From Gloeobacterales cyanobacterium (lineage in GTDB: Bacteria; Cyanobacteriota; Cyanobacteriia; Gloeobacterales; PMM-0068), in NCBI GenBank assembly GCA_038245785.1, contig JBBRSB010000024.1:13614-77613 (forward strand): DNA of 64,000 nucleotides, given 5' to 3'. Under the pieces are notes generated by a model. It made no database searches. It was given only the letters and a program-made list of their open reading frames with translations, and had not been told where the DNA came from. Positions 20,893 to 30,471 of this stretch are shown here, one piece after another (position 1 is the first letter of the stretch; each line of letters begins with the position of its first letter). Both the position numbers and the translations under genes were made by a program.

Positions 20893-22035
20893 ATGGCCTC
20901 TGTTGACCTCCGCTCTGTATCCAAAGTTTTCGAACAAACCCAAGTCCTCCATGACATCAATCTGACAGTGGAAGACGGCGAATTTATGGTTTTGGTTGGA
21001 CCTTCTGGCTGTGGCAAAAGTACGCTGCTGCGCATCATTGCAGGCTTGGAAACCGTCACTAGTGGCGAAATCTGCTTGGAAAACATCTGTGTCAATCAGC
21101 TGCCGCCTAAAGCTCGTGATATCGCCATGGTTTTCCAAAGTTATGCCCTCTATCCCCATATGACGGTCTATGACAATCTCGCTTTTGGTCTGCGCCGTCA
21201 GCAACAGTATCAATTGGGCGAGAAAATTTTGGGTGGGCTGATCTCCAATCGGCGGGCCATTGACCAGCGGGTACAAGAGGTAGCGCTTACCCTCCAGCTG
21301 GAAAGTTTATTAACCCGTAAACCGAAAGAGCTCTCAGGTGGTCAAAAGCAGCGTGTTGCCCTCGGTCGAGCTATGGCTCGTAATCCCAAAGTTTTTTTGA
21401 TGGATGAGCCCCTTTCCAACTTGGATGCCCAACTGCGGGGCGAAACCCGTAGCCAGATTGTCCAGCTCCAAAAGAAGCTGCAGGCAACTACCGTTTATGT
21501 TACCCACGACCAGACCGAAGCGATGACCATGGGTAGCCGAATTGCGGTGCTCCGGGGAGGCAAGATTCAGCAGGTGGATACGCCCCTCAATCTCTATCGG
21601 CGACCGGCGAACCGCTTTGTGGCAGGATTTATCGGTTCTCCCTCGATGAACTTTTTTCCCGTGACGATGGACGAGGACGGGCTAATACAAAGCTCTTGTC
21701 TCTGGCACCCGATCGCTCTATCAGAGCATCAGCGGCATAACCTGACGCCTCGTCGTCCTTTAACGCTCGGTATCCGCCCAGAGCAGGTGCGTCCTGCATC
21801 CTTATCCGAAGCGCATATCCAGGCCGTGATCCAGGTTGTAGAAGCGCTGGGTTGTGAAACCAATGTCGTCATGGCCCTGCAGTCGACGTCAGGGGGCCAC
21901 GAGAGCCAACCGCTCCAAGCGAAAGTTGCCCCTGATGTGCACTTCACCGTGAACGAGACCTCAGGCTGGATGATAGACCCTGCCAGCATGTATCTTTTTG
22001 ATCAGGAATCCGGCGAGGTGTTGATGCATCCTTGA
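20893..22035 (+). CDS. Sugar ABC transporter ATP-binding protein (MalK/UgpC-like)
   Basis: [34 protein letters not shown]-terminal TOBE region. Confidence 0.93.
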   Translation: MASVDLRSVSKVFEQTQVLHDINLTVEDGEFMVLVGPSGCGKSTLLRIIAGLETVTSGEICLENICVNQLPPKARDIAMVFQSYALYPHMTVYDNLAFGLRRQQQYQLGEKILGGLISNRRAIDQRVQEVALTLQLESLLTRKPKELSGGQKQRVALGRAMARNPKVFLMDEPLSNLDAQLRGETRSQIVQLQKKLQATTVYVTHDQTEAMTMGSRIAVLRGGKIQQVDTPLNLYRRPANRFVAGFIGSPSMNFFPVTMDEDGLIQSSCLWHPIALSEHQRHNLTPRRPLTLGIRPEQVRPASLSEAHIQAVIQVVEALGCETNVVMALQSTSGGHESQPLQAKVAPDVHFTVNETSGWMIDPASMYLFDQESGEVLMHP

Positions 22036-22143
22036 GCTTTCTTTTAAAAAGTGAAAACCTGTCCCCTTTTTGGTGTAGAACTGAATTTATCTAAACCAGA
22101 ATGCCTTGCTAATGAATTTAAGGCCTGAGCGTATCCTAGCTTC

Positions 22144-22839
22144 ATGACGGATTTTTTCGACCCCTGGCAAGAACAACTCTCTCCCCTGATCCAGAGATTC
22201 AATCGAGAGGCACAGTCCGCAGGCAAAGGAATGGCCTGGGATTTTCCAGAAGAGGTGACCAGCTCGACTTTCTACCGAGAATTGGCTACCGGAGCTTTGG
22301 AAAAGCGTCTGGGGGTTCCTTTTTGGGAACTGACTAAGCCCAAGAAAAATGATCGCTGTCTCGATGTGGCCTGTGGAGGCGATTTCTTTTTCTATCCCTG
22401 GACTGAATGGCAAGCCAATTTTTGGGGCCAAGACCTGAGTCCTGTCTTGGCAAAAGTGATCAATTCGCGTGCGCCTCAGCTCAATTCCAAGCTTTTCAAA
22501 GGGGTGCGGGTGGCTGGTGCCCATCGTATGGACTATGAAGAAAATTTCTTTGACCTGGTACTGGCTTTAGGTCTTAGCTTCTATATGCCCTTGGATTACT
22601 CTGCCCAGGTGCTAATTGAAATTCGCAGAGTAGTCAAGCCTGGTGCGCCTGTGTTGTTTGAGGTAGTAGAGCCCAATTCCCCTTGGATCGATGCTTGGGG
22701 TCTCATGGAAATGGCCAAAGGTACAGAAGTCTACTTCACTGAACTGGAAGATTGGGAAACGACCTTCAAACAGGTCGGTAGCCAAATTCAGACGTCCAAA
22801 GCTGGAGAACTTTTTCGCACCTATCACTTGACCTTTTAG
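22144..22839 (+). CDS. Class I SAM-dependent methyltransferase
   Basis: CLDVACGG motif I, GQDLS, FDLVLA, RRVVKPGA. Confidence 0.8.
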   Translation: MTDFFDPWQEQLSPLIQRFNREAQSAGKGMAWDFPEEVTSSTFYRELATGALEKRLGVPFWELTKPKKNDRCLDVACGGDFFFYPWTEWQANFWGQDLSPVLAKVINSRAPQLNSKLFKGVRVAGAHRMDYEENFFDLVLALGLSFYMPLDYSAQVLIEIRRVVKPGAPVLFEVVEPNSPWIDAWGLMEMAKGTEVYFTELEDWETTFKQVGSQIQTSKAGELFRTYHLTF

Positions 22840-22853
22840 CTCGCTGGTCCTAA

Positions 22854-23996
22854 TTAGCAGCGGCGGTACTGCATTCCAGCCACCTGTTCAGCCCCTCCCT
22901 TCAGCTCTAAATTGACGAGGAGTGCAGAGAGAACCCCGGTATCCAAGCCTGATTTTTGGGCGATCTGGTCGAAGGGCTGAGGCTGCGTCGTCAAAAGTTC
23001 CCAAAGGGCCTGTTCCTCAGGGGCTAAATCGAGTGGCTCCGCGCCACTCTTGCTGTCTTTTCGACTACTCTCTCGGCCACCTGCTCCTAAATCTTTGAGC
23101 AGTTGTTCTAGGCCAAGAATCAAATGAGCGCCCCGGTCTATCAACTGCAGGCAGCCCAGGGAATGTTCCATATCCAAACTGCCCGGAAGCACATACACAT
23201 CCCGACCATAATCTGCAGCTAGATAAGCGGTAATCAATGCGCCAGAACGTTCTGGTGCTTCCAAGACTAAGGTTGCTTTCGATAGTCCGGCGACGATCCG
23301 ATTGCGATGGGGGAAGTAGCCCGGACTGGGTGCTGTTCCCGGTGGGTACTCGCTGAGAATGGTCCCGCCTCGATGGAGAATCGATTGGTACAGCCGTTGG
23401 TGTTGATAGGGATAGGCGATGTCCACCCCACAGCCCAAAACCGCTACGGTCCGACCCTGTGCTTCTAAGGTTGCGCGATGGGCGGTTCCATCAATCCCAG
23501 CCGCTAAGCCAGAAACCACGGTAAAGCCCAAGCGCCCCAGTTCAAAGCCCAATTTCTTAGCCCAGCGCTGCCCATATTCCGAAGCTCGACGAGTCCCAAC
23601 AATAGCGACCGCTGGTTCCCAAGGACCTAATTTCCCTCGGTAGTAGAGCAACGGCGGGGGGTCTGCTATCTCCCAAAGTTGTCTGGGATAGTCGGGGTCG
23701 GCAGGAGTCAGAAAAGTTCCGTATTTTGTTTCCCACTTTTCTAAGATGGACTCAGGTTCTATGGACGCTTTCTGGGAGCGTAGCCGCTCCACCAGGTTTA
23801 TGCTAAACCCTGCGATTTCGAGCCACGTGCGTGGATCTGTCTCCCAGGCAATCTGCATTGCCCCCATATGCTCGTAAAGACGCTTCAGGCGGATTGGTCC
23901 CATCCCTTCTAAGCGTGACCAAGCCAGCCAATAGGCTCGTTCTGTTCTATCCTCTGCCACATGATTGCTAAATACGTCGGGGCAGTTATAACCCAA
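22854..23996 (-). CDS. dprA: DNA-processing protein DprA
   Basis: DPPPLLY..G, AIVGTRRAS.YG, VSGLAAGIDG.AH, SEYPPG, FP.RNRIVAGLS, SGALITA; C-terminal wHTH. Confidence 0.93.
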   Translation of the reverse strand: MGYNCPDVFSNHVAEDRTERAYWLAWSRLEGMGPIRLKRLYEHMGAMQIAWETDPRTWLEIAGFSINLVERLRSQKASIEPESILEKWETKYGTFLTPADPDYPRQLWEIADPPPLLYYRGKLGPWEPAVAIVGTRRASEYGQRWAKKLGFELGRLGFTVVSGLAAGIDGTAHRATLEAQGRTVAVLGCGVDIAYPYQHQRLYQSILHRGGTILSEYPPGTAPSPGYFPHRNRIVAGLSKATLVLEAPERSGALITAYLAADYGRDVYVLPGSLDMEHSLGCLQLIDRGAHLILGLEQLLKDLGAGGRESSRKDSKSGAEPLDLAPEEQALWELLTTQPQPFDQIAQKSGLDTGVLSALLVNLELKGGAEQVAGMQYRRC

Positions 23997-24014
23997 CGAA
24001 AAGTAAAACGGGCC

Positions 24015-24767
24015 TTACAAAACAGTACAAAGCACCACGGTTATGTTGTCTCGACCGCCGTGCTCATTTGCTTTGCGGACTAAGGTCTCTGTTGCTTGCT
24101 GATCATCGGGGCAGGCTGAAAGGGTTTGCGCTATTTCTTGTTCTGATACTTCTCGCGTAAGGCCATCACTACAGAGGAGATAGCGGTCTCCAGGGGTTAA
24201 AGGAATCTTTTGGACCAAATCTACTTCCAGGTCTGAGCGTCCCAAACATCGGCTGAGCACATGGCGGTAGGGATGTTGTTCTGCAGCCTCCGGGGAGAGA
24301 CTCCCTTTAGCCACTAATTCCGCCACTAGGGTATGGTCTTTTGTCAAAGCGCCTAGTGTCCTTGCCTGTCCATTCCAGCGGTAGAGTCGAGAATCTCCCA
24401 CATGGGTGTACCAGAGACAGGAACCTACGGCCCAGGCAATGACTAAAGTGGTTCCCATATCCCCGTGTTCTATATGCCTTTCAGCGTCTTCTAAAATATC
24501 TTCGTTCGCGATGCGTACGGCTTGTACGAGAGACTTCTCTATATCTAGAGCAGGAGAAGAGGGCCGCTTGCTCTCTAGAAATGAACGTACAGACTGAATG
24601 GCTAAGGAACTGGCGATTTCCCCAGCGGTGTGCCCTCCCATACCATCGGCCAAAATAAAAAGACCGCGATCTGCATAATAGGCGTCCTGGTTAATACCTC
24701 GTACGAGACCAATATTGGTCATCCCTGCCCAGGATAGAGAAAATATAGGAGAAGACCGCTCAGTCAT
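24015..24767 (-). CDS. PP2C-family Ser/Thr protein phosphatase
   Basis: G.VR..NQD, LADGMGGH, MGTT, HVGDSRLY, LLCSDGL, GGRDNIT. Confidence 0.92.
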   Translation of the reverse strand: MTERSSPIFSLSWAGMTNIGLVRGINQDAYYADRGLFILADGMGGHTAGEIASSLAIQSVRSFLESKRPSSPALDIEKSLVQAVRIANEDILEDAERHIEHGDMGTTLVIAWAVGSCLWYTHVGDSRLYRWNGQARTLGALTKDHTLVAELVAKGSLSPEAAEQHPYRHVLSRCLGRSDLEVDLVQKIPLTPGDRYLLCSDGLTREVSEQEIAQTLSACPDDQQATETLVRKANEHGGRDNITVVLCTVL

Positions 24768-25045
24768 ATCTAATATTGGTGCCTTTACAGATGATTCCCT
24801 GTTTTATCTTGGTGCCAATATCTTTCTTCATACATCGCCTATTTTTAACTTTTCAAAGAAGCTACGAACCGCACTCTGAAATCTTTCTGATACCCAAAAA
24901 ACTTAAACTTTTATCAAGATTTTAGGTGCTTTTGCTTAGTCTTGGCGGGGATCGCTATGCAGAGCATTGTGCCGAATGTATTATTATGTATGGAGTTAAT
25001 AAACAAAGCTTTACATAACTTAAAACAAGAAGGTAACATTTCTTT

Positions 25046-25777
25046 ATGCCGCGTATCTTAGTCATTGATGATGATCCTGCCATCCTAGAGCTGGTGGAGG
25101 TTAACCTCCAAATGGCGGGATACGACGTCACCACGGTTCAGGATGGGGTGAAGGGGCAGGCAATGGTTCTTCAGCTACTGCCCGACCTGGTCCTCTTGGA
25201 TCTTATGTTGCCTCAAGTCGACGGTTTTACAGTTTGCCAGCGGTTACGCCGTAACGAGCGCACTTCTGACATTCCCATCTTGATGTTGACGGCTCTTACC
25301 CAAACGAAAGATAAGGTTGAAGGGTTTAACGCTGGGGCAGATGACTATCTAACCAAGCCTTTTGAACTGGATGAGCTTCTTGCTAGAGTGCGGGCGCTAT
25401 TGCGACGTACCGACCGTATTCCTCAAGCCGCAAAGCACTCTGAAATCCTCTCTTTTGGTTCACTTACCTTGATTCCAGAGCGGTTTGAGGCCGTGTGGTT
25501 CAGCAAGGTGATCAAGCTTACGCATCTGGAATTTGAGCTTTTACATTGTCTTCTCCAGCGTCATGGTCAGACGGTTTCTCCCGGCGAAATCTTGAAAGAG
25601 GTTTGGGGGTACGATCCTGACGATGACATTGAGACCATTCGTGTTCATATTCGTCACCTGAGAACAAAGTTAGAGCCTGATGCTCGTCACCCTCAATTCA
25701 TCAAGACTGTTTACGGCGCTGGCTATTGCCTAGAGCTGCCTTCAGTCCAGAGTCAAGAAATGAGTTCAGCTCAGTAA
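25046..25777 (+). CDS. rpaA: OmpR-family response regulator RpaA
   Basis: Characteristic RpaA sequence [13 protein letters not shown]...[16 protein letters not shown]...PERFEA.WF...[22 protein letters not shown]...[26 protein letters not shown]. Confidence 0.9.
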   Translation: MPRILVIDDDPAILELVEVNLQMAGYDVTTVQDGVKGQAMVLQLLPDLVLLDLMLPQVDGFTVCQRLRRNERTSDIPILMLTALTQTKDKVEGFNAGADDYLTKPFELDELLARVRALLRRTDRIPQAAKHSEILSFGSLTLIPERFEAVWFSKVIKLTHLEFELLHCLLQRHGQTVSPGEILKEVWGYDPDDDIETIRVHIRHLRTKLEPDARHPQFIKTVYGAGYCLELPSVQSQEMSSAQ

Positions 25778-25865
25778 TTTTGAAAACGGGATCGCTTGCT
25801 GGATGAGGGCTTTAACCTTTTCTTCCGCACGCAAACCACCATTGTTGTGTTAGTAGTTACCTTAG

Positions 25866-26894
25866 ATGTCTTTCGAGCAGAACATTCTAGATGCTCTCCC
25901 CTGGGGTTTGGTCTATACAGATCAGGGTGGCTCCGTGGTGTTTTGGAACAAAACGATGGGTGACCTAACCGGAATCAGTGATAAGCAAGCCAAAGGCAAG
26001 CTGATATACCACTGGATTCCTGAATTGAAGGATGTAGCTAGTAATGCCAGCGTGCCCTTCTCGCGCGAAGGGTTTTGGCAAAGTTTCCTAGTCAACTATC
26101 AGGACCATGCAGAGGGCACGCTCTGGACTTTTGCTCCAGAAGACCAACTGGATCGGGTGCAGTCGGATTTTGTTTCTACGGTTAGTCACGAGTTGCGCAC
26201 GCCTCTGACGAGTATTAAAGGCTTTGTCGACACCCTGTTGCGCTCTCGAGGACAATTGCCTGAGCAGCAGCAGATTCGGTTTTTGCGGATCATTAAAAAC
26301 CAAGCAGACCGCTTGACCCGTTTGGTAGAAGATATCCTGATCGTTTCCAAGATTCAGTCTGGACAGTTGAGAAATGCGCCCCAGCGGTTAGACCTATCAG
26401 ATGTAATCGAACGCGTTTTAGAAAACCTGTCCCAAAAAATGGCCCACCATCAATTAGACCTTGGCCTAAGCGAAGGTTTGCCAGCAGTATGGGCTGACCA
26501 AGACCGTTTGGAGCAAATATTGACTAACCTCGTAGACAATGCCCTCAAGTATTCTCCAAAAAATACAGTGGTTGCTCTAAAAGCCTGGACGGACCCCCAG
26601 ATCCCAGGCAAGCTCTCGATTTCTGTAATTGACCAAGGGATTGGTATCCCAGAAGCTTTCCTTGAACAGATCTTTAATCGTTTCAATCGTTTAGACACTC
26701 CTTTGACCCGAGAACGAGAGGGTACGGGACTAGGGCTTTACATTACAAAGTCATTGGTAGAGAGTCTAGGAGGGCAAATTGAAGTGGAGAGTAGAGAAGG
26801 CTTAGGCTCTACCTTTACTGTTTGTTTGCCGACTGCTCCGGATATCCTGCCTGGACCTATCGTCCAATCGGAGGTCGGAGAGGTCCATGCGTGA
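25866..26894 (+). CDS. PAS-domain sensor histidine kinase
   Basis: N-terminal PAS-like segment; VSHELRTPLTSIKG; NLVDNALKYS; DQGIGIP; GTGLGL. Confidence 0.9.
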   Translation: MSFEQNILDALPWGLVYTDQGGSVVFWNKTMGDLTGISDKQAKGKLIYHWIPELKDVASNASVPFSREGFWQSFLVNYQDHAEGTLWTFAPEDQLDRVQSDFVSTVSHELRTPLTSIKGFVDTLLRSRGQLPEQQQIRFLRIIKNQADRLTRLVEDILIVSKIQSGQLRNAPQRLDLSDVIERVLENLSQKMAHHQLDLGLSEGLPAVWADQDRLEQILTNLVDNALKYSPKNTVVALKAWTDPQIPGKLSISVIDQGIGIPEAFLEQIFNRFNRLDTPLTREREGTGLGLYITKSLVESLGGQIEVESREGLGSTFTVCLPTAPDILPGPIVQSEVGEVHA

Positions 26895-27879
26895 GCGCGA
26901 AGAATCTATCCGCAGTCCTATCGACCCAGATGTATTAGAGCTGGAGTTGGGGGAATATCTTAAGGACCGCCAGGACCGAGCCTTGATTTACTGTGACCTG
27001 CGCAATTTCAGGCTCTATAACCAGCTATATGGAAAAACGCTTGGAGACCGAATGCTCTCTACGCTTTCCCAGTTGTTGTCTCGGTCCTTGCAGACTGATG
27101 AGTCTTACTACCGCATTGGGGGCGATGAGTTCCTGATGATCGTCCGTAGTCCTCGGGCAGAGTCTCTGGCCCAAGGGCTCTGTCAGCAGTGGCAAACGCT
27201 AGGTCCTCAGTTTTATAACGAGCGAGACCAGCACCGACGTTTTTTATTGGGAACTGACCGCCGGGGTATCGGGCGGCGTTGCCCTTTAGTCGAACTTAAT
27301 ATCGGGGTAGTGCATGCGGCTCCCTATCGAGGCAAAGGCCTGTCGGAAGTTTTTTCCGCAGCGGTAGAGACTAACCTTGCCGCTCGTAGCCAACCAGGAA
27401 CTACCTATGTCGTCAATAGAGAAGCCATTCCCCCGCACACGGGGACTGCCAGCGCTCCTTCTGTGCTCGTAGTCGAGCCGGATGCGGCCTTGGCCTATCT
27501 ACTCCAAACGGCTTTAGAAATTAATGGCTATCAGGTATGGGTCACCAGTTCTGGGCAAGAAGCCTTCAAATTAGCGTTAACCCATGAACCGAAGGTCATC
27601 ATCCTGGACCTCTACACTTCAGATTTACCAGTAGGACCCTACCTCTGTACAGAATTGCGACGTCAACCGGAGCTAGCCCAAGCTTTGCTAATTGTCGTTG
27701 CGACCAATGCAGACCGCGAGGAATCTCTATCCGCTGGAGCCGATCTGTTTATTCCTAAACCCTTTGAGCTGAGCGATCTTTTGCAGTGGGTAGACCGCTT
27801 GGTTGAAGAGAATGCCAAAGTGGTGGATCTTCCTGGCCTGCTGGAGTCTTTTAATGACTTCCAGACACCACCCCATTAG
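26887..27879 (+). CDS. GGDEF domain + C-terminal receiver domain protein
   Basis: CDLRNFRLYNQLYG...GDRML, YRIGGDEF; C-terminal REC (VLVVEPD, IILDL, GADLFIPKPF). Confidence 0.8.
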   Translation: MREREESIRSPIDPDVLELELGEYLKDRQDRALIYCDLRNFRLYNQLYGKTLGDRMLSTLSQLLSRSLQTDESYYRIGGDEFLMIVRSPRAESLAQGLCQQWQTLGPQFYNERDQHRRFLLGTDRRGIGRRCPLVELNIGVVHAAPYRGKGLSEVFSAAVETNLAARSQPGTTYVVNREAIPPHTGTASAPSVLVVEPDAALAYLLQTALEINGYQVWVTSSGQEAFKLALTHEPKVIILDLYTSDLPVGPYLCTELRRQPELAQALLIVVATNADREESLSAGADLFIPKPFELSDLLQWVDRLVEENAKVVDLPGLLESFNDFQTPPH

Positions 27880-28133
27880 GTTTTTGATATCAATCGACCA
27901 AGTACACCTATTGGGTGTCTCAATGATCACCGCAAAATGCCTAATCCTGACTCTAGCAGACCACTTTTCAATTATTGCCATTACCTGGAAATGAAGCAGC
28001 CGAACATCTAAGTTGAGCATGTCATTTGCACTAGTAGCATGACCCTCAGTTCCGTGTGCAAGTGCTAGTTAAATATGAGAACCGATCGTGTTGCATCTCT
28101 TCTTTGAATAGTCTGAAAGCCCATCTGATAAGT

Positions 28134-28997
28134 CTATCTCTTTAACGAAATTCCGTTGATGGCGAGTGTGATTGGAGATGGCTGCTCGTTATTCAGTCTC
28201 ACGAGAGACATGTTAATACTGAAGCTTTTGGCTTTTGATGATGCTGTTATCCCGGTACAATTATAAAGGCTAATAGTTACTTTTTGTTTAGATTGTAATC
28301 TCGTATAAGATGAGGGGTTTGAGTCACTTCTATACACATTAGTTAAACCCGAAAAGTTACACCCACTCGTTTCACCCGAATCAGAGATCACAACAGAGTT
28401 TGTGCTGTCATGGGCGATCAGCAAATCTTGAGAAGTCTTGTTCTCGATGACAAGACCTGCCTGAAGTCCACCCCATTGATTAAAAGAAGTGCCCAGTATA
28501 TTTGCCTTAATAATATTATCTTCATATGTTAGTAAGCTGGGCTGAGGGTTAGTTTGTTTTATTGGAGAAGTAGTAGGGGATGGGGTAGGAGCTACAACCG
28601 GAGGAAGTGCTGGTAGAGAGCTAACTTCAGATTGACCTGATTTAGTAAATCGTATAATTCTAACTGTGTTCTGATCGTTTGCTAAATTAATATTGAAGTC
28701 TTGGGCTGGGTAACCCGAGATACTTAAATTGACACGAACATCCCCTCTATTAAAAATCTTTACCTTAGCATAACCGTTGCTATCAGTATACTGAGTTTCA
28801 GGTGCTCCCTTCGCAAAAACTTGTACCTTTACTCCTGCGAGAGCTTCCCTTGCTTCTGTTTGTGTCACAAGTTCAACTTCTTTTTGTGATGCAGCACACG
28901 TATCTGCAAGCAAACCTATACTACATCTAATTTCTGGGAAAAAGATGGTGGCAATGACTCCCGCTAGTGCAAAAATGATGCCTAGAATAGCAATCAA
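28134..28997 (-). CDS. Hypothetical membrane-anchored/secreted protein (AT-rich)
   Basis: N-terminal hydrophobic helix; beta-sandwich-like GVKV...TDSNGYA segment; Pro/Thr linker. Start uncertain. Confidence 0.6.
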   Translation of the reverse strand: MIAILGIIFALAGVIATIFFPEIRCSIGLLADTCAASQKEVELVTQTEAREALAGVKVQVFAKGAPETQYTDSNGYAKVKIFNRGDVRVNLSISGYPAQDFNINLANDQNTVRIIRFTKSGQSEVSSLPALPPVVAPTPSPTTSPIKQTNPQPSLLTYEDNIIKANILGTSFNQWGGLQAGLVIENKTSQDLLIAHDSTNSVVISDSGETSGCNFSGLTNVYRSDSNPSSYTRLQSKQKVTISLYNCTGITASSKAKSFSINMSLVRLNNEQPSPITLAINGISLKR

Positions 28998-29565
28998 ATT
29001 AAGGGGTTTTCTTTTGTTAATATTCTCACTCCTATGAGGTCATCTTTCAATTACTATTCACACCTGAATTTGTATATTGGAAAGAAGTTATTATGTCTAC
29101 CTCCTTAAGATAATTTAGAAGTCTAGAACGAGTTAGATTGAAACTAGTCCGCATCGTACCCCGTTTTAGATGCCTAGGAGAAAACTTCAATATTTCTTCT
29201 AATTCCCTATACTTTCTCTCGTCACTATTTATTAGCTCCAAACCCTGAGGATAAAATACGATCGCACTTTGCCGCGCTTAAAAAATGACTCGAAGTGCTT
29301 GCCCTATCAACAGCCTTATATTCACAGAACTCTAGGTACTGATAAATAACTATTGTTTAGGCTGAATAGATTCTACATAACATCCCCAAAAGGGTGATTA
29401 GGTAGCCAAATTGTCCATCTAACACCCCTAAACAGGATCTTAGAGGACTTGTTTCAGTGTAACTACCCCTCCCATAGGCTGGAATTTCCTCGTAAACCCC
29501 GCCCAAGAAGGGCTCATGGCTCTGAGAACTTGATACAGTTAAAGTGTCGTGCCCAGAGTCCTTCA

Positions 29566-30387
29566 ATGACTACCTTCCAGCCGACCTCTATCTATCCAAA
29601 GACGCAGCAAAAACCGCTGCCGACGATGTATGACTTGCCTAGCGACAATCCAGAGGACCCAGGTTTGCCGGATGAGTTCCATGATTGGCAACCTCAGTTG
29701 CTTACAGAGACGTTTGTACCTACTACCTATCCTCCTGAGCAGGTTCTTACTGCCAAAGACCTAAACCTCTACTTTGATGTGCAGAGGCCAGGGCTTTATA
29801 AGCGGCCTGATTGGTTTGGAGTAGTCGGAGTTCCCCGCGTAGTGGATGAAGGAAAAGGACGTCGCAGTTATGTGTTCTGGCAAGAGGGTCGTGCGCCTAC
29901 AGTCGTAGTCGAACTGCTTTCTCGGAACACGCAAGAGGAAGACCAGGGGCTAACCCCGCGTGGTCAGGATATACCCTCCAAGTGGGAAGTCTACGAAACA
30001 AATCTACGGGTTCCCTACTATGTGGTGTTTGACGGTGCTGGCGATACGCTACGGTTTTTCCAATTGGAGGGAGAAAGCTATAGAGAATTGGCAGAGCCGA
30101 AGCTATGGATAGAGGGATTACAGATTGGTCTGGAATTGTGGCAAGGGACGTTCGCTAGCGTGGAGCGCCTCTGGTTGCGATGGTATGACGCGCAAGGGAA
30201 TTGGATACCCACCAATGCAGAACGGGCAGCGGAAGAACGGCAACGGGCCGACCGAGAGCAACGGGAGCGGCAACAGGCTGAACAACGGGCAATAGTAGCA
30301 GAGCAGCAGGCTGAGCAAGAACGACAACGAGCAGAGCGCTTAGCCCAGATGCTACGGGACCAGGGCATCGACCCAGAAAACATTTAG
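29566..30387 (+). CDS. Uma2-family (DUF820) endonuclease-like protein with coiled-coil tail
   Basis: LPTMYDLPS..PE.PGLPDEFH..QPQLL, RPDWFGV, SYV.WQEG..P.VVVELLS, WLRWYD; AEQERQRAERLA tail. Start ATG 29566. Confidence 0.88.
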   Translation: MTTFQPTSIYPKTQQKPLPTMYDLPSDNPEDPGLPDEFHDWQPQLLTETFVPTTYPPEQVLTAKDLNLYFDVQRPGLYKRPDWFGVVGVPRVVDEGKGRRSYVFWQEGRAPTVVVELLSRNTQEEDQGLTPRGQDIPSKWEVYETNLRVPYYVVFDGAGDTLRFFQLEGESYRELAEPKLWIEGLQIGLELWQGTFASVERLWLRWYDAQGNWIPTNAERAAEERQRADREQRERQQAEQRAIVAEQQAEQERQRAERLAQMLRDQGIDPENI

Positions 30388-30471
30388 TTTTTAGACAGGA
30401 AGCCCACTCTTTCAAGACGGGGAGAAGCTAAAGGGAAAGATTTTACTTTTAATGGGCTATTTTTTCGTTAT

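Noticed and set aside
27995..28075. attC-like integron recombination site downstream of the AT-rich gene
   Set aside because: The core sites (ATTTAAC / GTTCGGC on the minus strand) are not complementary, the stem is weak, and no integrase is present.
30220..30345. Repetitive AEQERQRAE-type sequence
   Set aside because: Ordinary coiled-coil tail of cyanobacterial Uma2 proteins, not a separate element.
30395..30430. Possible IS200/IS605 right-end remnant (GGAAGCCCACTCTTTCAAGACGGGGAG)
   Set aside because: Short, imperfect hairpin with no tnpA/tnpB sequence; it could simply be a terminator between convergent genes.
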